Assembly (NCBI GenBank): GCA_002104905.1
Contig: MCFE01000463.1
Location: 6,971 to 70,970, forward strand
DNA: 64,000 bases
Source of the DNA: Basidiobolus meristosporus CBS 931.73
Lineage: Eukaryota; Fungi; Basidiobolomycota
Direction: 5' to 3'
How positions within the stretch are numbered: position 1 is the stretch's first letter; every line of letters begins with the position of its first letter. This document shows, piece by piece, positions 60,637 to 64,000 of this stretch. Position numbers and translations under genes: made by a program. Below the pieces are notes generated by a model that had not been told where the DNA came from, did no database searches, and was given only the letters and a program-made list of their open reading frames with translations.

Positions 60637-63600
60637 ATGAACTCTATGCCACTACCACTCTCACATGGAGCCCCACAGTTTGATGGAAAGAATGTGGAAA
60701 GCTTCATATTCAAATGGGAGAAGCTCTGCAAGATGTGCAGTCTATCTGAACAAGAAATGGCTGAAGACTTCCCCTACTACTGCACCGATGATATTACCAC
60801 TAAGCTTCTCAGACAAGGAGACATTCTCACTGACTGGGCCTTAATGAAGACCTACCTACAGACCGAGTATGGTAGACCCCAGATATACTATGGAATTGAA
60901 GATCTCAGGCACTTTGGAAGAACTGGACTTTCCAAGCTACCACTTGAAGAGTTCATTCAACAGTATGAAGATATGGCCAAGCCACTCCTAGAGTCCCAGG
61001 CTATAACTGAGTTTACCATGACACTTTACCTTGCACAAGGGCTTCCCCAGGACTTGGCAAGGAAAGTTGACTTACATGCAGCCAAGGATGACAAGTCTGG
61101 CATTCCTTGCTTTGCAGAGATGAAACGTGTTCTCCTAGAGGCAAAGCAAACTTCTACCTTTATGAGACTCCTGACATCTAATCTGCCAGACCAGTCAACC
61201 AAGGAGCCAAGGAGTGCTGCTGCTGACAATCAGACCTACACTACCGACAGAATTGACCAACTTGCTGAACAGTTACAAAAGCTAGCCCTCAAGATTAATG
61301 GCTCAGCTGAGGTTCCTACTGAGGGACAAACACCTTTGCCCAGGCACTGCATCTGGTGTGACTCTACTCAGCATGCCAGACAAGAATGCTCAGAGCTTAG
61401 TCAGCTACTCAGAGAAGGAGCAGTACAGTTTGATGCTGATGGAATGCTTGCTGACAAGGAAGGAAGAAGGATTCCCACTAATTTCCGAAGAGGAGAGATG
61501 AGAGCCCTTTTCCATAAATCTGACTCAGCAACCAGAAAGATTACTGTTGATGCCCCTATTGGAACTCATAAAGTGAATCCAAGCAGCCCTGACCACAGAC
61601 AATATGAAGTTGATGCCTTTGCTACCAAAAGACACCTCCCTGAAGAACCTGCCAAGCCCATCCTTAGAAGACCACGCTTTGAAGAACCTGAAGTTGTTAT
61701 TGACAAGAGGCCTAGTATGCTGCCCACCCAAGATCCATTGCCTCACTTTCAGATGACCTCAAAGATAGCAAGCTACTCAAGCCCTCAACTGATTACTGAG
61801 AAGCTGCTGAAGCAGAACCTCACTTTGTCGGTTGGAGAAATCATGAGTGTATCCCCATCTGTTAGGAAGACCTTTGATGAGCAGCTTAGAACAAGACGAC
61901 AAGCTGTTGAACATATGGACACCCATATTATTCACACAAGCCATGAAGACCACCAAAAAGATGACAACACTACTGAGTATAAGACCTTTTACTCAGTTGC
62001 AACTGCTGTGGTGAAAGGATATATATATGATGACCCTGTTGACTGCCATATTGACAGTGGCTCAGAGATTTGTGTTATGCCGCTAGACTTCTGGAAGACA
62101 CTTAGAAGTAAGGAGCTACTGCCTGTTGATAGAGATATTGGATGGAACATGACTGATGCAAACTCAGGATCTAGTTCACTCTACGGTGTAGTGCACAAGT
62201 TCCCTATTGAGGTACAAGGAATCAAGGTCTGGCTTCCCCTCTTCATCTGCCAGAAGGCAAACTTTGACCTTCTGCTAGGTAGACCATGGGAAACCAGTAC
62301 TAAGGCTACAACTACCAACTATTCCGATGGGTCAGTATGGTACACCATACAAGGATCCAATCCAGGACTACAGTCAACCTTCTGTGGTGTAACACCCAAC
62401 AATAAGAGGACACATACTGCTTGCCAGAAGACACATCTTGTTATGGAAGAAGATGAAGAGCCTGACAATATACACCCCAACATTTGGAGCTGCTCATTAG
62501 GTATACAGGAGCAAACAGCTATGGTTCGAACAAAATACAAGACAGTAGAACAGAAGATTAGACCATCACTTACACCTTTGACTGATGGATCCCGACCTGC
62601 TGATTACATTAGACCACCAGAAGAAACACCAGATGATACACAACTTACACCTGAGAGACTTAAGCAACTTATCATTGGTGATGGAAACCTTACACCAGAG
62701 GAGATACTATTATTTAAGGAGACCTTGAAAAGGCATGATAAGGTCTTCTCATATAATGACAAGGAGATGGGACTCTTAAAGACATTGGTTGAAAAACCCA
62801 TCAAGATTCATACAGTGCCCCACACACCCTGGTCATTTAAGCCTTACCCACTGCCCAGAGGACTCCAAGCTGATGTGCATGACCTACTTAAGAAGAAGAT
62901 AGAAGCTGGTATCCTAGAACCTTGCCATGGGCCCTATGCTAACAGATGGTTTGTAACCAAAAAGAAGAATGGAAAGCTCCAATTCATTCAAGACATGCAA
63001 CCTGCAAATGCTGTCACTATCAGAGATGCTGCTATACCTCCATCTATTGATGACTTTGCAGAAAGCTTTAGTGGCCACTCCATCTACTCAACATACGATC
63101 TCTACTCAGGATATGACCAGATTCCCCTTGATGAGACATCAAGAGATATGTTTGCACTACAGACACCATTTGGACTATTAAGGATGACAAGACTCAGCCA
63201 AGGGGCTACAAACTCCGTGGCTCAGTTCCAGAGATGCATGGTGAATGTGCTATACCAGTTTATACCTGAGAAACTTGCTGTCTTTGTGGATGACATAGGC
63301 ATCAAAGGATCAAAATTCCGGGACACCACTGAAGTTATGCCTGGAGTAAGAAAGTTTGTCTATGACCATATTGCAGACAATGATGCCATATTAGGAGCCA
63401 TTGAAGAAGCTGGACTCACCATCAGTGGTGAGAAAAGCAGCTTTGGTGTATCAGAGATATCCATTGTTGGACAAAAATGCAACACCTTTGGTCGCTCACC
63501 TGGAGACTCCAAGACACAAAAGATATGCAACTGGCCTACCCCCACAAATCTAACACAAGCTCGTGGCTTTGTGGCAGCTTGTGGGTTCTTTAGGATCTGG

Positions 63601-64000
63601 ATCCCAAGATTTTCTGAGATAGCAGAACCAATCTACCGACTACAGAGAAAGAATACCCCATTTATCTGGGGAGAAGAGCAAGAAGAAGCCATGCAATTAC
63701 TGAAAGAGGCCTTAGTATCTCCACCAGTTCTAAGACCTCTTGACTATCAAAACACTGAATGCCCACCTATTTTGACAGTGGATGCAAGCCCCATAGGAGC
63801 TGGAGCACTACTTGGACAAGATGATGAAGATGGCAACCGCTATGCCTGCAGATATGAGAGCTGCCTATTCTCTCCTAGAGAACAAAGATACTCACAGATT
63901 AAGAGAGAACTACTAGGAGTTGTGAAGATGCTGAGGAAACTGAAGTCACAACTCTACATGACACATTTTATCCTGGAGACAGATGCCAAGCCACTTATAG
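60637..64000 (+). CDS. gag-pol: A2 gag-pol, apparently one open frame running off the window end
   Basis: Colinear with A1. The A1 stops are sense codons here (CGA at 62527, CGA, TCA). The ORF track lists no stop-terminated ORF in this frame, consistent with an open run of about 1121 codons. Confidence 0.85.
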   Translation, partial: MNSMPLPLSHGAPQFDGKNVESFIFKWEKLCKMCSLSEQEMAEDFPYYCTDDITTKLLRQGDILTDWALMKTYLQTEYGRPQIYYGIEDLRHFGRTGLSKLPLEEFIQQYEDMAKPLLESQAITEFTMTLYLAQGLPQDLARKVDLHAAKDDKSGIPCFAEMKRVLLEAKQTSTFMRLLTSNLPDQSTKEPRSAAADNQTYTTDRIDQLAEQLQKLALKINGSAEVPTEGQTPLPRHCIWCDSTQHARQECSELSQLLREGAVQFDADGMLADKEGRRIPTNFRRGEMRALFHKSDSATRKITVDAPIGTHKVNPSSPDHRQYEVDAFATKRHLPEEPAKPILRRPRFEEPEVVIDKRPSMLPTQDPLPHFQMTSKIASYSSPQLITEKLLKQNLTLSVGEIMSVSPSVRKTFDEQLRTRRQAVEHMDTHIIHTSHEDHQKDDNTTEYKTFYSVATAVVKGYIYDDPVDCHIDSGSEICVMPLDFWKTLRSKELLPVDRDIGWNMTDANSGSSSLYGVVHKFPIEVQGIKVWLPLFICQKANFDLLLGRPWETSTKATTTNYSDGSVWYTIQGSNPGLQSTFCGVTPNNKRTHTACQKTHLVMEEDEEPDNIHPNIWSCSLGIQEQTAMVRTKYKTVEQKIRPSLTPLTDGSRPADYIRPPEETPDDTQLTPERLKQLIIGDGNLTPEEILLFKETLKRHDKVFSYNDKEMGLLKTLVEKPIKIHTVPHTPWSFKPYPLPRGLQADVHDLLKKKIEAGILEPCHGPYANRWFVTKKKNGKLQFIQDMQPANAVTIRDAAIPPSIDDFAESFSGHSIYSTYDLYSGYDQIPLDETSRDMFALQTPFGLLRMTRLSQGATNSVAQFQRCMVNVLYQFIPEKLAVFVDDIGIKGSKFRDTTEVMPGVRKFVYDHIADNDAILGAIEEAGLTISGEKSSFGVSEISIVGQKCNTFGRSPGDSKTQKICNWPTPTNLTQARGFVAACGFFRIWIPRFSEIAEPIYRLQRKNTPFIWGEEQEEAMQLLKEALVSPPVLRPLDYQNTECPPILTVDASPIGAGALLGQDDEDGNRYACRYESCLFSPREQRYSQIKRELLGVVKMLRKLKSQLYMTHFILETDAKPLI

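Overview
This is a eukaryotic window, probably fungal (inferred from element types and tRNA primer sites), made almost entirely of nested transposable elements. I recognised no host gene, rRNA, tRNA or CRISPR array. Contents: (1) a Ty3/gypsy family 'A' (about 1.07-kb LTRs, 4-bp TSD, tRNA-Lys-type PBS), present as solo LTRs and as a tandem LTR-internal-LTR-internal pair at 48966->64000; the second unit appears to be one open gag-pol ORF. (2) A recent 3.6-kb LTR element 'B' that encodes only a diverged Gag-protease and has no RT, RNase H or integrase. It shares A's PBS, PPT and LTR ends and sits inside A's integrase gene. (3) An almost intact Ty1/copia (25899-30584, identical LTRs) with a Lys in place of the conserved RNase H Glu. 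(4) A decayed copia family 'E', a chromovirus, and two other decayed gypsy elements, one with an extra 3' ORF. (5) CACTA/EnSpm-type transposase relics. (6) A PIF/Harbinger-ISL2EU-like (DDE_Tnp_4) DNA transposon family with AGACTTGTTCC TIRs and 3-bp A-rich TSDs, plus its MITEs, including four 733-bp fold-back MITEs whose arms appear to be shuffled. Older copies show CpG-to-TpG/CpA decay, yet families A and B insert at CpG-centred 4-mers. Coordinates were read by eye; boundaries of decayed elements are approximate.
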